Below are positions 25,521 through 38,548 of a stretch of DNA of 64,000 bases, piece after piece. The translations under genes were made by a program, and so were the position numbers. The number at the start of each line of letters is the position of its first letter. The first letter of the stretch is position 1. The stretch spans positions 34,224,001 through 34,288,000 of the forward strand of contig JBITNC010000002.1 of NCBI GenBank assembly GCA_050084985.1, written 5' to 3'. This DNA is from Nageia nagi (Eukaryota; Plantae; Pinophyta). The notes beneath the pieces were generated by a model, which was given only the letters and a program-made list of their open reading frames with translations, was not told the origin of the DNA and did not search any database.

Positions 25521-27342
25521 TCTGATGGAATAATTCCCTTGATCTCCTATAGTAATAGAAACAAAACTAGAAGGAGAGATTGGGTTTAAGATGATCTAAA
25601 ATAACTTCAATAATTTTTAGGAAGGGTTTATTTATCGTGTCATTGGCTCCTTTTAGATTTAACTATCCTCAATTGAGCTTTTTAGCAAGACCAACATGCG
25701 CAAGTAATTAAATATATTTTGCTAAGTTTAACAATGGCAAAATATTTTATTTCCACCTAATTGAAAGATATTATGATACTTTTGAAGAGCTTCTTCTTAT
25801 CTCTCCATTGAAGATTATTTTGAGTTCATTACACTTTAAATTCTTCCTCTTAATTTGATTTTGGAGCATCAAGAAGATGCCATTTGATATCTCAGTATAT
25901 GCTTGTGGCCTTCCTTATGATGCTACTAAAGATTTTATTTGGAAGGAATTTGAGATATACAATAATATAATTATTATAAATAAATACATATTATAGATAT
26001 ACTTCATCATACTCCCTTGTCCAATATATTCAAACATATTCATAAAAACACACATGTGATTTCTCATGAATACACTTCCACTAGATACGAATCACTCCTA
26101 GACAAGAATTTGCTTACATGAATATTGCTTTTCATTGTAGAAATATATAGATTTTTTTATTTGATAAATGGTACTTATAGGCTTTTTGGAATTTATATGC
26201 TACCTTATTATCATGATTATGGAATATTCATACTTAAATTTCAACAAGACATCATTATGGTATTAATGTTGTAGAAAGTAGAAAATATAACCAGGTTTCA
26301 AGTTGGTCAATTTTGTGGGTGGCCCCTCATGATAGTATTGATATCAGAGTCAATATATATTCCATTATCTAAATATTTGAAGGTACTAATATTTCATGGA
26401 AGCTTGGGTTGTTCCTTCCTCTCACTTGGCCTCTTTGCACTTCTAGTTTTGCTCTCACTTCTCTTTAGACACTAAGAGAGTATAGAAGAGAAGCTAATCA
26501 ACAAGTTGATTATTGAATTTTGTTTAAAGGGAGCAAGTTGATAATTTAAATTGAATAAGGAAATAATATATTATTTCCAAGTTTGATATAGTTAATGAAG
26601 AGAGTAAATCCAAGGCTTGGATAGCCAAGTTGACCCATATATTTGACCTTAATCCCATGGAGAATTTTAAGAAAATCAAATTCACCACCTACAATTTAAG
26701 GTACTAGCATTTTATTAGCTACTTTGATTGAACATGATTAAGAAGAGGAGGGTGAACAAAGTGTGTTATTATAAATAAATCTATAGAATCAGTTTGTAAC
26801 CATATTCTATAGAGTTTGAAGGTATACACCCAAGAAGATTACTTCTTGGCTCTCAAGAACTTGAAAAATGTATGGAGATATTGGATCTCCCTTTGTGAGA
26901 TATTGCTTTTTTTGAATGCAATAGTTAGGATTCCATTAATTACAATTGAGTATGTTATTATTGAAATGGATGCTCTCATTTATTTGATCCATTTTAAATT
27001 AAAACTAAATTTATCTTATCTTTCACTAGAAAGTCCAATTTAACTTTATCCTATGCCTTATTTATTTCAAGTTTTAATAACATAACTTGCCCACTCTTAG
27101 ATGTTGTTGTATTCAAAGCTTCATAAATTACTATTATTCCACCTAAAATTAGCTTACATGTCCAATGTGATAGATATTGAAGGAGCACATTGGATATGCA
27201 TGGTATGAATGGGTCCTTGGGCTAGGACCACTTTTTCCAAGTGTAGTGTACCCTTCTAGAGCTTAATCTAAACATACATAATTCATTTAAACTAATTCCA
27301 TATTCATTCATAAACTATGCAAAATTTTAAATTATAAAAATC

Positions 27343-27795
27343 CACTCAATAATGTTTCCAAGGGGGAGTCTTTAACAACCTAAACACAATTGCCAACTTT
27401 TCACTATGCTAGCAAAGAAGCAATTCTTCATCATTATCTTGGACATCCCATAATGTAGGTATTATATTCAGAATATGCCTTGTTCCCTTCATATCACACA
27501 ATAATTTCTCTAATTTTCCATAAATGTCCTATATTTGTTGGTGTGATCTATCTTGTACAAGTAAAGCATATACGCTTTAGTCAACTTCAATCCAATTACA
27601 TTCAGGTGTCTTCCTGATTCCTATATCTCTCATCAATGATATTATTCTTAAAAAATCATCATCAGCTTCCCAACTTAGCATGAATATGTGAAAGAACAAA
27701 ATATGATGAAGCATTTTTAGGCTATAAAATAAAGGATTATTATCACAAATTCCCTTATTCCTAGATTCTTATGTGATCTACAAGCACCAAGTAGA
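27343..27795 (-). pseudogene. PPR E/E+/DYW fragment including the HSEKLA motif
   Basis: LLGACRSHKNL; MRDIGIRKTPECNWIEV; DRSHQQI*DIYGKLEKL; DVQDNDEELLLC*HSEKLAIVFRLLKTP (HSEKLA at 27391-27408). Confidence 0.88.
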
Positions 27796-28464
27796 TTGTG
27801 AATTCTTCTAAAATTTTCATGCATCTCTATCAGGATACTCACAACCACAACATTCAATGAAGTATCATTTTCAATTATATACACTTAAAAGTAACTATAT
27901 TAATTAAGTGCTAAGTTATTTCTTTAGTTGATAACAGTCATGATAAGGCATTTGGGTTGATGATGTGATTGTTACCTACAACAAGGATCAGATATTAAGT
28001 TGAATTTGGGTATTGGGTCTTATGGTACAAAGGTATGAATGGACCAAAAAAAAATTATTTTTGAAGTTAATTCCTTTTCTATATGATAGCTTTGAGTTTC
28101 TTTCTTATTTTTTTGACATAATTATTTTGGCTTGCAAATTATTTTATATATGTCATAATTTTTTTTTACTTGAAGGTTAAATAGTGAAAGATAATTAAGA
28201 ATCACTCTCCTCAAGGTATAAGATTATTTGTAAGATAATTTCTAACATTTATTGTTGGTTGAATGTTATCTATTTTCTTAAATTTTTTCTTCTTTCATTC
28301 TCATAATTACTATACCACTATCCCACTCCAACCCTACAATCTACAACTATAAAATATTCTTAAGAAACAAGGTTTTCATAATCACTTATTACTATATGTA
28401 GGTAATTAAGTTCAATTGATATTGTGATATCATAAATCAACAACATTATTTATTATAAAAATAT

Positions 28465-28555
28465 TTTTTAAGTGATGGAATGGTTTATAGTCCTTATAAT
28501 AATGTTACTTGCAACATTAATCGAGATAACTTGGTTGTAGTATCACAATTGTAAA
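28465..28555 (-). pseudogene. Short DYW C-terminal fragment
   Basis: Frameshifted NCDTTTK...VA..IIIR...FHH, similar in nucleotide sequence to 23020-23100 (aacttggttgtagt shared). Confidence 0.55.
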
Positions 28556-28759
28556 TGAAACTCTAATACAAATCTTTTTTAGTCATCCCCTAGTAATCAA
28601 TGAATGAATATCACCCATTCTTTAAGTAGTTGAAATGATTGAATGGGTCTACAAAATTTTTGAAAAAATTATTAGCTTATATGTATTAGGAAGGAATTGG
28701 ATTTATTAGAAAATTACATAAATTGTCTAAATATCTATTAGGTTATATGTATTAGATTA

Positions 28760-29170
28760 TATATACTGAAGTGGGGCTTGTGGAATATTTGAAAAAGGGA
28801 AAATGTATAAATATTTTTATTTAAAAGGATATGGAAATTTTTGATAAAATGTTTCTTTTGATATACATGATACAAATGTAGTTTCATAGATTGCAATGTT
28901 CACTAGTTATAAAATAATGGATTTTCTAAAGAGACTCTAGAGACTTTGAAACAAATGCAATTTTTTTATGTGTAAAGAAAATCCCTACAAACTTTTGACA
29001 ATAGTCTTCCAACATGTGCCATCATGGGAGTCCTAATGGAAGGTATGGGAATTCATTAAAGAGTATTTGAAAATGGTCTCTCATTGAATGTTATGGTTGT
29101 GAATGCCTTGATGGTGAGTGACTTGATAGATATGTATGCATAATGTGGGAGAATACACATGGTCAATAGG
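28760..29170 (+). pseudogene. PLS-class PPR fragment
   Basis: FDKM...NVVS*IAMFTSY...NGFSKETLETLKQMQ; LPTCAIMGVLMEG; VVNALM...DMYA*CGRIH. Confidence 0.75.
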
Positions 29171-29204
29171 GATCCTAGTACATGAGTACACATGGCCAAT
29201 GTAC

Positions 29205-29460
29205 TTACTCTTTGAACACACACATATAATTCATGTTTTATGGGCATTTTGATAATGATGTTCAAAGCTTCCTCAAGATAGCCTACACGACCAAGAAGGT
29301 CAACAATGCATGCATAATGATTAATCCCAGACATAATGTGATAAGAATCACTCATGCCATTAAAATATATTTATAGCCCTTATCCACTATATTTGCATGG
29401 CTACATGTAATTAAAACACAAATAAAGATTATTTTGTTAGGTTTGGATCCAAATTACTTC
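29205..29460 (-). pseudogene. PPR L2/S2 fragment, tail-to-tail with the preceding fragment
   Basis: PNKIIFICVLITCSHANIVDKGY; MSDSYHIMSGINHYACIVDLLGRVGYLEEALNIIIKMPIK. Confidence 0.88.
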
Positions 29461-29556
29461 ACCAATGTCATTTTTTGGTACTTCTTCAAGTCTAAATAAG
29501 TATTTTAAGGGAATTTGGATCAATCACATGATTTGTTCATTTTATCAAATTTGTAG

Positions 29557-31700
29557 GAAATAATATGTTTTAGCAAATGGTGAGGGGTATGAAGTGGAAG
29601 AAGTTTTTCCAAATGCCTATGCAAGAAATGACTACTCAGGATTTTTTTTCTCAACTTGATCTATCATGGACTAAAGTTCAATGCAAAGGAGGTAAGAAAT
29701 ATTTGGTGGTAGCTATACCTATTGGAAGATTATACAACTTGAAGAGAGGTAAAGAATATCATCTAGATACCCAATAATCTTTTATACAAAAGAAAATGGT
29801 TAACAACATCAATGATGAAGCTGATGATAGCCACCCTCCACATTTGTCTGCATTTAAGAAACATTAAATGTTAGTATAGTTTTTTTGTTTCATTTTGCAT
29901 AAAATATACCTTTTGATGTTGTAAAGTGTAATAAATTTATTAACTATTATATAATTATTGAATTGTAGTTATTGGTGCTCATATGGATACCAAGATAGGC
30001 ATACCTCATGTCCACCAAAAAGGATGAAGGTTTTTAAACAAAAGAGAGGATGCTTATGTTAATTTTTGGTTAAGGTATATCATCACCTTCCTACTATTCA
30101 TTTCATCATTTAAAATTATTTTAAACATTTTTGATAAGGATGAAGAGCCTTTCAATGGTGTTGATGAACCATCAAACATTGGGCAAACAATGTATACACC
30201 ATATTTATCACCTAAAGTGGTAGCAATTTTGAAAGCATTATTGTCCATAGGTGTATCCCATGACCAAATCGTTGAAGGGGATTACTTGAGTCAATTATTG
30301 GATGGGTTTCCAATAGATAGAGATGAATTTATAATGAGGTATGTGAAAAATGTATATAATAGGATTAAAGAACATACGATGTGAAAATATAACATGGATT
30401 CACAAAGTGTGAATTTTTGGGTTACAGAGTTGAAAGGAAATATCTTCATTTATAGTCGATCACATAATATGCATGAGAGTTTTGTTTTAGGCTATCAAAT
30501 TCCATGAATGTTGGAGAAGATGGTATCATGTGGACCTATTCGTATGATTTCAACAGATTCAACATTTAATACTAACAATTATGGGGTATGTAAATTATCT
30601 TATTTTTCTTTTCAAAGCATAATTCAACATATGTTAGGATTTTTAAAAAGAATTAATTGTGAATTGTAGTAACCGTTATATACATTTCTTGTCTTTGATG
30701 AGAAAGATATTAGTGTACATGTATCATGGATCATTATGCAACATAATCAAACATAGGATGTTCAATAATGGCTATAATGACTACATGATCAGTGCAAAGA
30801 ACATCAACTAGATTGGAAAGTAGAAGCCTTCATGATAGATGGTTGTGAAGCTAATATAGAAGTGATATAATAGGTAAATGAAAAACTATAAAAATACCTA
30901 TAAAATGTTATGATGGTATGTTTGTATGCTAAATGATTATGTAATCTAATTCATCCTCCAAGTATTCATGACAAGTTATTTCTAAATGAGTGCAATAGGA
31001 GGGTATTCACTTGTCAGAATCTACTATGTTGTTGATATGTACATAGGGCATGGTTGAAAAATACCATCAAGCTTGTATCTAACAAATATTTCCATACAAA
31101 CATGTTGTTCACGTTGGGATAAGTTATGCATAGCATTGATAATGCGAGCATAATAAAGAATCTTATTTCAGATTTCATTAATGAATTTGTAGATGAAAAG
31201 AGGTTCATAGAGTACTTCATTAGCAATTGGGTGGAAAATGATAAGTTTGATAAGTTCCAATCCATAGTATCCTTTAAGATAATTTAGACTATATTGATAC
31301 CATGAACTCTATTACTAAAGCCTAATTATGCCTTTTAATGTGTTTTGCAGTAATGTGTGAAAAAAGCTTACTAGATTTTGATCATGCTAATCAAGAAACT
31401 AATAATTCCATTGAGGCTTCACAAAAAAGAAGGGCCATTCTACAAGTACAAATATAGGTTAAAGAGATACCATTCTTGGAATAACTATAAGAGAGCAAAG
31501 AGTCTTGAAACTGTATAGGAGAGAGCTCTTCATACTCTAGATTCCCATTGTTCTCCCCATGAAACTATTCAAGATGCATATTGGGTATAAAGTCAAACAT
31601 ATCAATCCACCAAATACCTTATAGCCAATTATGGAAAATAATTTTTTAATGTGAATGTATGTGGGTTGTATGAGGCAATTTTTGCTAGCATACCATGAAT
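29557..31700 (+). pseudogene. Intron-containing MULE transposase with SWIM zinc finger, decayed
   Basis: YWCSYG (29970); DSQSVNFW; FVLGYQIP; ISTDSTFNTNNYG then a GT-AG intron (~30586-30669); PLYTFLVFD; AFMIDG; degenerate CxxH (YVHRAWLKN); NQETNNSIE; SWIM CECMWVV*GNFC*H (~31650-31692). Confidence 0.85.
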
Positions 31701-31842
31701 ATTAAAACACTACTTGAATTTGGATGCTCCAAACATGTTGCATTTTATTTGAATGCAACCCCTCTTAGTAAAAATGCCTCTAATGTTAATTAAGGCAACT
31801 TTAATGAACAACCTACTATTGAACAAATAGAAATTTTTCTAG

Positions 31843-31957
31843 AAACACAAATTTCTCTATAAACACAAATTTCTTTAGGAACACCACAAACACAAATTTC
31901 TTTAGGAACACTACAAACACAAATTTCTCCACAAACATAAATTTCTCAAAACACAAA
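31843..31957. repeat. Tandem ACACAAATTTCT-core repeats (18-27 bp period)
   Basis: About 6 copies of aaacacaaatttct. Confidence 0.85.
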
Positions 31958-32944
31958 TGTGAATCACTTTTCTATTGTAGGAAGTAAAAAAATAGTATTT
32001 TCTCCACAAATGAGAGCTATATTGGATATGTTTATTTATTTCATAAAGAGCATTCAAGATAGAAATAAATCTCAAAGAGTCATAGCTCTGGCTAGAGAAA
32101 TAGAAAGCTCAGATGGCCTCAATTTTGTACCCAATTTTAATAGATCTCTAAAAATGGAAAAGATTTGCATTTCTCCAATCTATACAAGAAAAAAGAGAGG
32201 AACAAGAAATACATAATTGATAAATGTTAATGCTCATGGGAGTGAATACGAGAGCTATGAACTTTCTATCATGAAAAAATATGCACATCCACCTTGCCAC
32301 TCAAGTCCTTTTTCTTTATATTCTGCAAAAAGGTAAAATATGAATTATAAAACCTTTGTATTTATGTTTTTCATGTTCTAATATTGATATTTGTATTTGG
32401 TTTCAAGTATTGTAGATAATATTGGAATATGATCTTTTCATAGGCTATCATTTGAAGGGGAGATATCTAATGCAACATCTTTGATAGCAAATTTAGAATC
32501 TAATATTGATGTTTAGAATGAATAAATATATTTAGTTTCAATACGAGCTAAATACACCCAAAAATAGTAATGAACTTGTATTCAATTATGACAATGTATT
32601 GCTTTTTAGAACTAATACCTATGCAATATTATTGACATATCTTTATAAATTCTACTTGAAGTATGCTACGAAGTGGTTATTTTTAAATATTTGGTTATAG
32701 GTAATGATTGATATGAGTTGTAGTTATTTAATCATGGTTATTTTCTATTTACAATATTGTTGTTATATTCTTGTGTAAGCAATATCATCCACTAAGCAAA
32801 TGTTTTACCTTCCATGATGAAAGAAAGTTCCTATGGTTATGATATGGTTGCAAAATGATATAATGTGAGAATGCTGCTATGATGAATGATGAATGTTTGC
32901 AAAGCTTAAAAAAAAATTTACAATATCTAAAAAAAGCAAATATT

Positions 32945-33320
32945 TTTGGGTTATACCCAGCTCATTTAACTCCATGTATCATAAATGCAATTTGATTAAC
33001 CCAATCTATTAGTTTCAACTTAGGTTATATGCAACTCATTTAACCCATCGTAAATGCATTTCAATTATACAATTTAATATTCAAGTTCTTCTAGTTATAC
33101 ATAGCTCATTTACCCTGTATCTTTATTTAAATTTATTTAGGTTACATGTAGTCTATTTAACCTATTGTAAATATATTTAGATTATTCAATTTAATATTCA
33201 AGTTTTTTTGGGTTATACGCAATTTGTTTAACCCATATCCTCCATTATGGATTATATACAGCTCATTTAATCCATCATAAATACACTTTTATTAACCCAT
33301 TTCAATTAACCTATGATAAA
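32945..33320. repeat. Degenerate GGTTATACATAGCTCATTTAACCC repeats inside the MULE
   Basis: About 6 copies with irregular spacing; similar to tatttaggttatacataggttgactaactc at 22381-22410 in the left TIR. Confidence 0.75.
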
Positions 33321-33379
33321 TGTAGTTCAATTTAAACAACTAAGTTTAATTTTTTTTTGCATTTCTTGATGTGAGCAAG

Positions 33380-33545
33380 TTTTGAAAAAAAATGCAAAAT
33401 TTACTTAGCACTTACTTATAGTAAGAAATGCAAAATTTACTCAAAATTTACAACAAGAAATGCAAAATTTGCTCAAAAACTTATGCAGTGTCTGCATGGA
33501 CCAAAACAAATGGTGCAGATCTAGTTTGATAAAATTTGCTCAAAA
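33380..33545. repeat. GAAATGCAAAATTT(A/G)CTCAAAA repeats
   Basis: 3-4 copies at ~33390, 33425, 33457, 33530. Confidence 0.7.
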
Positions 33546-33644
33546 CTCACAAATTATTTGAAAACATACAAGGTGAAAATCTAGTTTGATTTACTACAAT
33601 TCATATGTACAGCAAGGATGCCTCATCAAAGTACAATCTCAAGG

Positions 33645-33820
33645 ACTACAATGATCATTGGATTTGCACATAATGGGTTATCTGAATAGGATATATAGAC
33701 TTTTAAGCATATGCCATTGTTAAGAGTAAAGATAGCCTTTGTAGCCTTGGCCAACATTCTTCTAGCATGTGCCACCATGGGAGCTCTAGAAGAAGGTATA
33801 GATATACAAGATAGACATGT
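33645..33820 (+). pseudogene. PLS-class PPR fragment
   Basis: TTMIIGFAHNGLSE*DI*TFKHM...LANILLACATMGALEEGIDI. Confidence 0.8.
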
Positions 33821-36800
33821 ATACAAAATATGGAAGAAAACACAAAACTCACAAATGAGAGCTCTATTGCTTACAAAATGAGATTGAAAATTCTACAAGA
33901 ACACCATTCAATTTACAATTCAATTAGTCACATGTAAATTCCATAATTTCAATAATCAAAGTAACCAATTACAGTAGATAATAATATCTAAATCCAATTA
34001 ACTATAGAACACCATGTACTATTACAAAATCTAAAGCAAGTAATAGAACTTCACAATGAATAATCAATAAGAGATACATTAAATTGTCCCCTCTTCAAAG
34101 TGATGACTTGCCAAGTATGTAAATATTCTGAATTAGATAAATGATGATATGATGATTATGTGTTTAACCCATGCTCCTATTTATATATAAATGTAACCAG
34201 TACACTATATGATGACTTATAGATGAGATATTCACTATTATGGTTTAATCTACAAAGCTTCCTCTTTTACTCTGAAACATGTAAATGATAGTCTATCGAT
34301 GTATAGTTATTTATTAAAACATGTATCATTTTCTACATTAAAAGGACTAGCATATCCTTTACCTTGGAGAAAGAGCACATTCCTACAAAATTCATATGTA
34401 ATCTTCTACATATTTTGCAACTTGCTACTCTGTTTTTCAAAAGAAAAAGGATGTAATTTGTACTAAGATTGCAATAAACTTCTATTTTTATCTTAAACCT
34501 ATGAAATTAGGTAAGAAAGTCACCTCTAACTTGATAAATTTATGATAAATAGAACTAATAATAATTACACACTGTGATCATGAGAAGTGGGGTGTAATAC
34601 ATGTATGTTTATTGGCTACAGTTAAGAATCTACTACTTATCAATTTTGTGATCCTAATGAACAAAATGCCATAAATGGAAAGAACATAAATTTTGATGAT
34701 AGCCTTGTTTCTTTTTTTTTCTAGTTATTTCTATGTTCCTTCTTAGATGTTGCTAAATTTTATACTACAAGCACTATTGTTAAAGTCTTGCAACTTGGGA
34801 GACTATGATCACCATAATTTGTAGTTAATATTGTCATCTCTTTATCAAAATATTTATTCATGCATCATATTTCACTAGGTTGACATAAATAGAGTACCAT
34901 TAGTGGAAAAATATGAAGGAACATGTTGATTTGTATACAATTCACAAAATAAAGTTTAACAACATATTAAATAGTATGATAAATGATAGTTCATTGGGGT
35001 TTTTTTGAAAGCTAAAAATTATTTCTAAGACATATAAAAAATAATGGTAAGTATTTTATTTTGTTTACATGAATTATGATTATGATGATTGGGTTTACAT
35101 GGATTGGTAAAATATGATCTTATATTTTTTCAATTACTCTTACATAGTTATAGAATTTACATTTATATATTTGAATTCTTACATGTTGAAACTGATTTGA
35201 ATTTATTTATGTATGTTAGGATACCACTAGAATTACCATGGAGAGTTCCAATTTTATCTAGTCCTATGAAACCATTGATTGACCTATGCATGCTCACCTT
35301 ATAACAATCAAAATAGACCTCAAGATTTGAATCTTGCAAGTGCTACTAGAATTCTCTTGGACAATAAGGAACCAAAGGACTTCACTGTTGATTGGAGGTT
35401 CAACAAATGAACTAGTGATTCTAGGACATAAGCTAACCTACAACATCCATAGATTTGAATTGAGTTACTTGCCTTACCAATTAATGAGTAAAAACCTTGT
35501 TATCAACTAATTAGTAAATGGTGGATGTCATTGTTAAATTTTGGGCTATAGGTGTTGACTAAGAAATGTATATGTGGAAATTTAAATTTCTCACCTATTG
35601 TTTTATTTTTATCAAAGTATGTATATTCGACCTACTTCTCATTTGGATCATCAATAGAAGCAACTCCATATTTCCATTTGGCCCATCAACAACAACCTCC
35701 TTCTCATTTGGCTCTTTAGTAGATCCTAGATGACTGAAAGGACATGGAAGATTAATATGCCTTAATGCCCCTTTTTGATGGTGAGCCTATCTAGTGATGA
35801 TGCATTTTCATACAAATGGACTTTTATGTGAATGACTCCTTATATGAACTATACAAATTTGGATACAAATAAAAATAGTAATTTATCTTCAAACTATATA
35901 TTCATGAAACTAAACCTTTTCATGATTCATTTTACTATATCATCAAATCTTAACTTGTAGTAACAAATACTAATTAAAAAGTATTAAATATAAATATTTA
36001 GTTATTTTACAAACTAAACATAAATTTAAAAGATAAATTAAACATTTTTTTAGTAAGGTATAGGTTTAATTAATATAAATGGATTTATGTTGCATCCAAA
36101 AACCATATACAATATAGTTTGGGATTGCTTGCATATTTGGTACATAGCTTAAATCAATTAGACTTTCCACTACCATTGACTCATCCACAAGTGCATGTAG
36201 GTCCTATAAACTTTTAGTGTTCCTTTTAAATTTCCCTATTATCAATTCCTCTAATTGTTATAGTTCCATACATATCTCTAGTTCCATACATAAGTGTCAA
36301 CTAAAGCCATAGGGGCATTAGCCAACACATATTTATAAACTAACAACATTAGACCCTAGTGTTGGGGAACTTTTGAATATAATGTCTTTCACTTTTTCAT
36401 CGACCTAGTGAGATAATTACAAAGATAGAATGGAAAATTTACAAAGCTACCAAGAAAATGGTTCATGAAAGATAAATGAAGATCATTTACAACTATGGAT
36501 ATCCTCTCAAGAGTGATATACTTCACCAACATATGTTGAATTGTGATCCATTTCCTTGGTGGGTTTCATGCTGCATATCCTTCTTATGGAGGTGGAAGTT
36601 CACAAACTATATATATAAAGAATTTGATATTATCCTATTTATCATATGTTTCTCTATGAATCAACCCTCCAATATGAGTGTGCTTGACAACTGCTACAAT
36701 TGTATTTTCATAAAAAGCAAAGGAAATTCTTTCAACTTCCACTTGAGCATTATTCCATGATACCACTACTTATTGAGATCATTCAATATCATGTACCATG

Positions 36801-37454
36801 AATACCTCAATGAATCAGTCCAGAACCTTACTACATAAAACATACCATAATCTTCTATCATTTTTAATACTTGAGCATTTTCCAAGTTCCACTTGTAATA
36901 TTATCAACTCGAAGCTCGAGGGTTTTCAACCTAACAATCGAGAGATGGAATCTGAGCACAAGGATTATTTTCATTATCTCATATATTATTGTCTTTGCAA
37001 TTCATATTTAGCTTGTTCAAAATTGAATTATGAACTACAAATATAGTACCACAAACCACCATGTGGTATAAACAATTGATAGTGGTTTTTTATCCATATT
37101 TCAATTTTTGGATAGACTACAAAGATAGTATCCTACCTATAGGATGATTGATATTGGTTTATGAAGTAGCAGTATTTTTTATCTCCCATATTAGATAATT
37201 GTAAGATAACAAATGTATCATAAAATGATCACAAATCCTAGTATAAAATAATCAATAAAAATCTCTCAATAGTGATATGAACATTTTGATAGGCTTTTAA
37301 CATATCTATCTTGCCTAATATTTCAAGCACACTAGATATTATTCTCAACTTCTTGTTATCCCTTTTCTTATAGATTAAGTTAAATTTGTCATCAAGAAAA
37401 ATTGTGTTAATCAATGTAGCAGATACAAGTGATTCCCCATGTGTAGACAAATTT

Positions 37455-38548
37455 TCATGGACTATAAAGATTGTAGGAAGTAGACTTTCATGGAGTGCAA
37501 TATGAAAAAAATGAATTCAAAAGTAAACCTAGGACATGCCTAAACATTCATGTACTACAAAATGAAAAAATAAAGCTAAAAATTTGGAAAAAAATACCTA
37601 TTATTGAGCTTCACTACCCATCCAAGATCTCCCTACAACATCCATGTCCAAGCATATGTATAGAACAATGTGAATGAGAATAAATAGCTTTTGATTTGTA
37701 AAAGGGGTTTAATTGAAACTTTTTAACCAATTAAGTACCTTCACACAAGTTTAATCGTATGGATTAGATGTTAATCAACCTATGTTTAGAGTCTAATTAA
37801 AGTTCAATTAACCTTTGCATAAACAAATGCATGTACAATTATTGGTGATGTTCAAAATTTTAGGCAAGTGATATGATGTATAGGTTAAGTAACCTATGTA
37901 TAAAGACCATAAATATAATTTGATTAACCTTGTTTTTAGTGTGTTTGAGTATGGTGGTTGGTTACATTATAAACTCAAGGTAGGGTAATGGTATGTATAG
38001 GTTAATCAACCTTTTAACCCACATAAATATAGTTTGATTATTCTAAGCCATTAATGATATACTCGATATGTGAGATAGACTTTCAAGGTGGCAAGCAGTA
38101 GATAATCAAACATCATCAGTACCAGGGGGTTAATCAAATGTCATCAATTTTGAGATTAATGAAACATTGCTTAGTCCAAATTGGTCATTCCAAATCCCAG
38201 ATTAATTGAATGTTATTGATATGCTGACTAATTCAAATGCTAGATAATTGAATGATGTTGAGAGTGGACTACTTAAATAGTGTTTAGATCATGATTAATT
38301 GAACATTGAAATGTTTAGGGGCTAAATGAAGTTTGATTAAATCCACATGGCATGCAAGGCCATGGTATGCCTTGAAAAGAATGACTTGATGACCTATACA
38401 TATTGAGGATTAAATGAAGCATGTTTAGGCTGGGACAATCAATGGTGTATAATACCCATGGCATGGATTGATGGATCATGCATGCATACCGATGGGAAAA
38501 CATGTTAGAGTATAAGAGGGGGATTTTGAGGCTATATATCCAACACCT
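37455..38548 (-). repeat. Right terminal inverted repeat of the MULE
   Basis: Reverse complement of 21751-22835; mismatches appear mostly to be transitions; rich in GGTTAA/TTAACC motifs. Confidence 0.9.

Larger units (their letters stand above)
21751..38548 (+). mobile_element. Giant Mutator-like element (MULE), ~16.8 kb, with ~1.1 kb TIRs, a transposase and PPR-DYW cargo
   Basis: Inverted repeats at 21751-22835 and 37455-38548; the host LTR resumes right after the right end; TSD AATATCAAT (the right copy has a 4 bp TATC slippage); internal MULE/SWIM transposase. Confidence 0.75.

Noticed and set aside
36100-37130. Retroelement pol remnants inside the MULE
   Set aside because: Only weak, conflicting motif hints on both strands; I could not assign a strand or family
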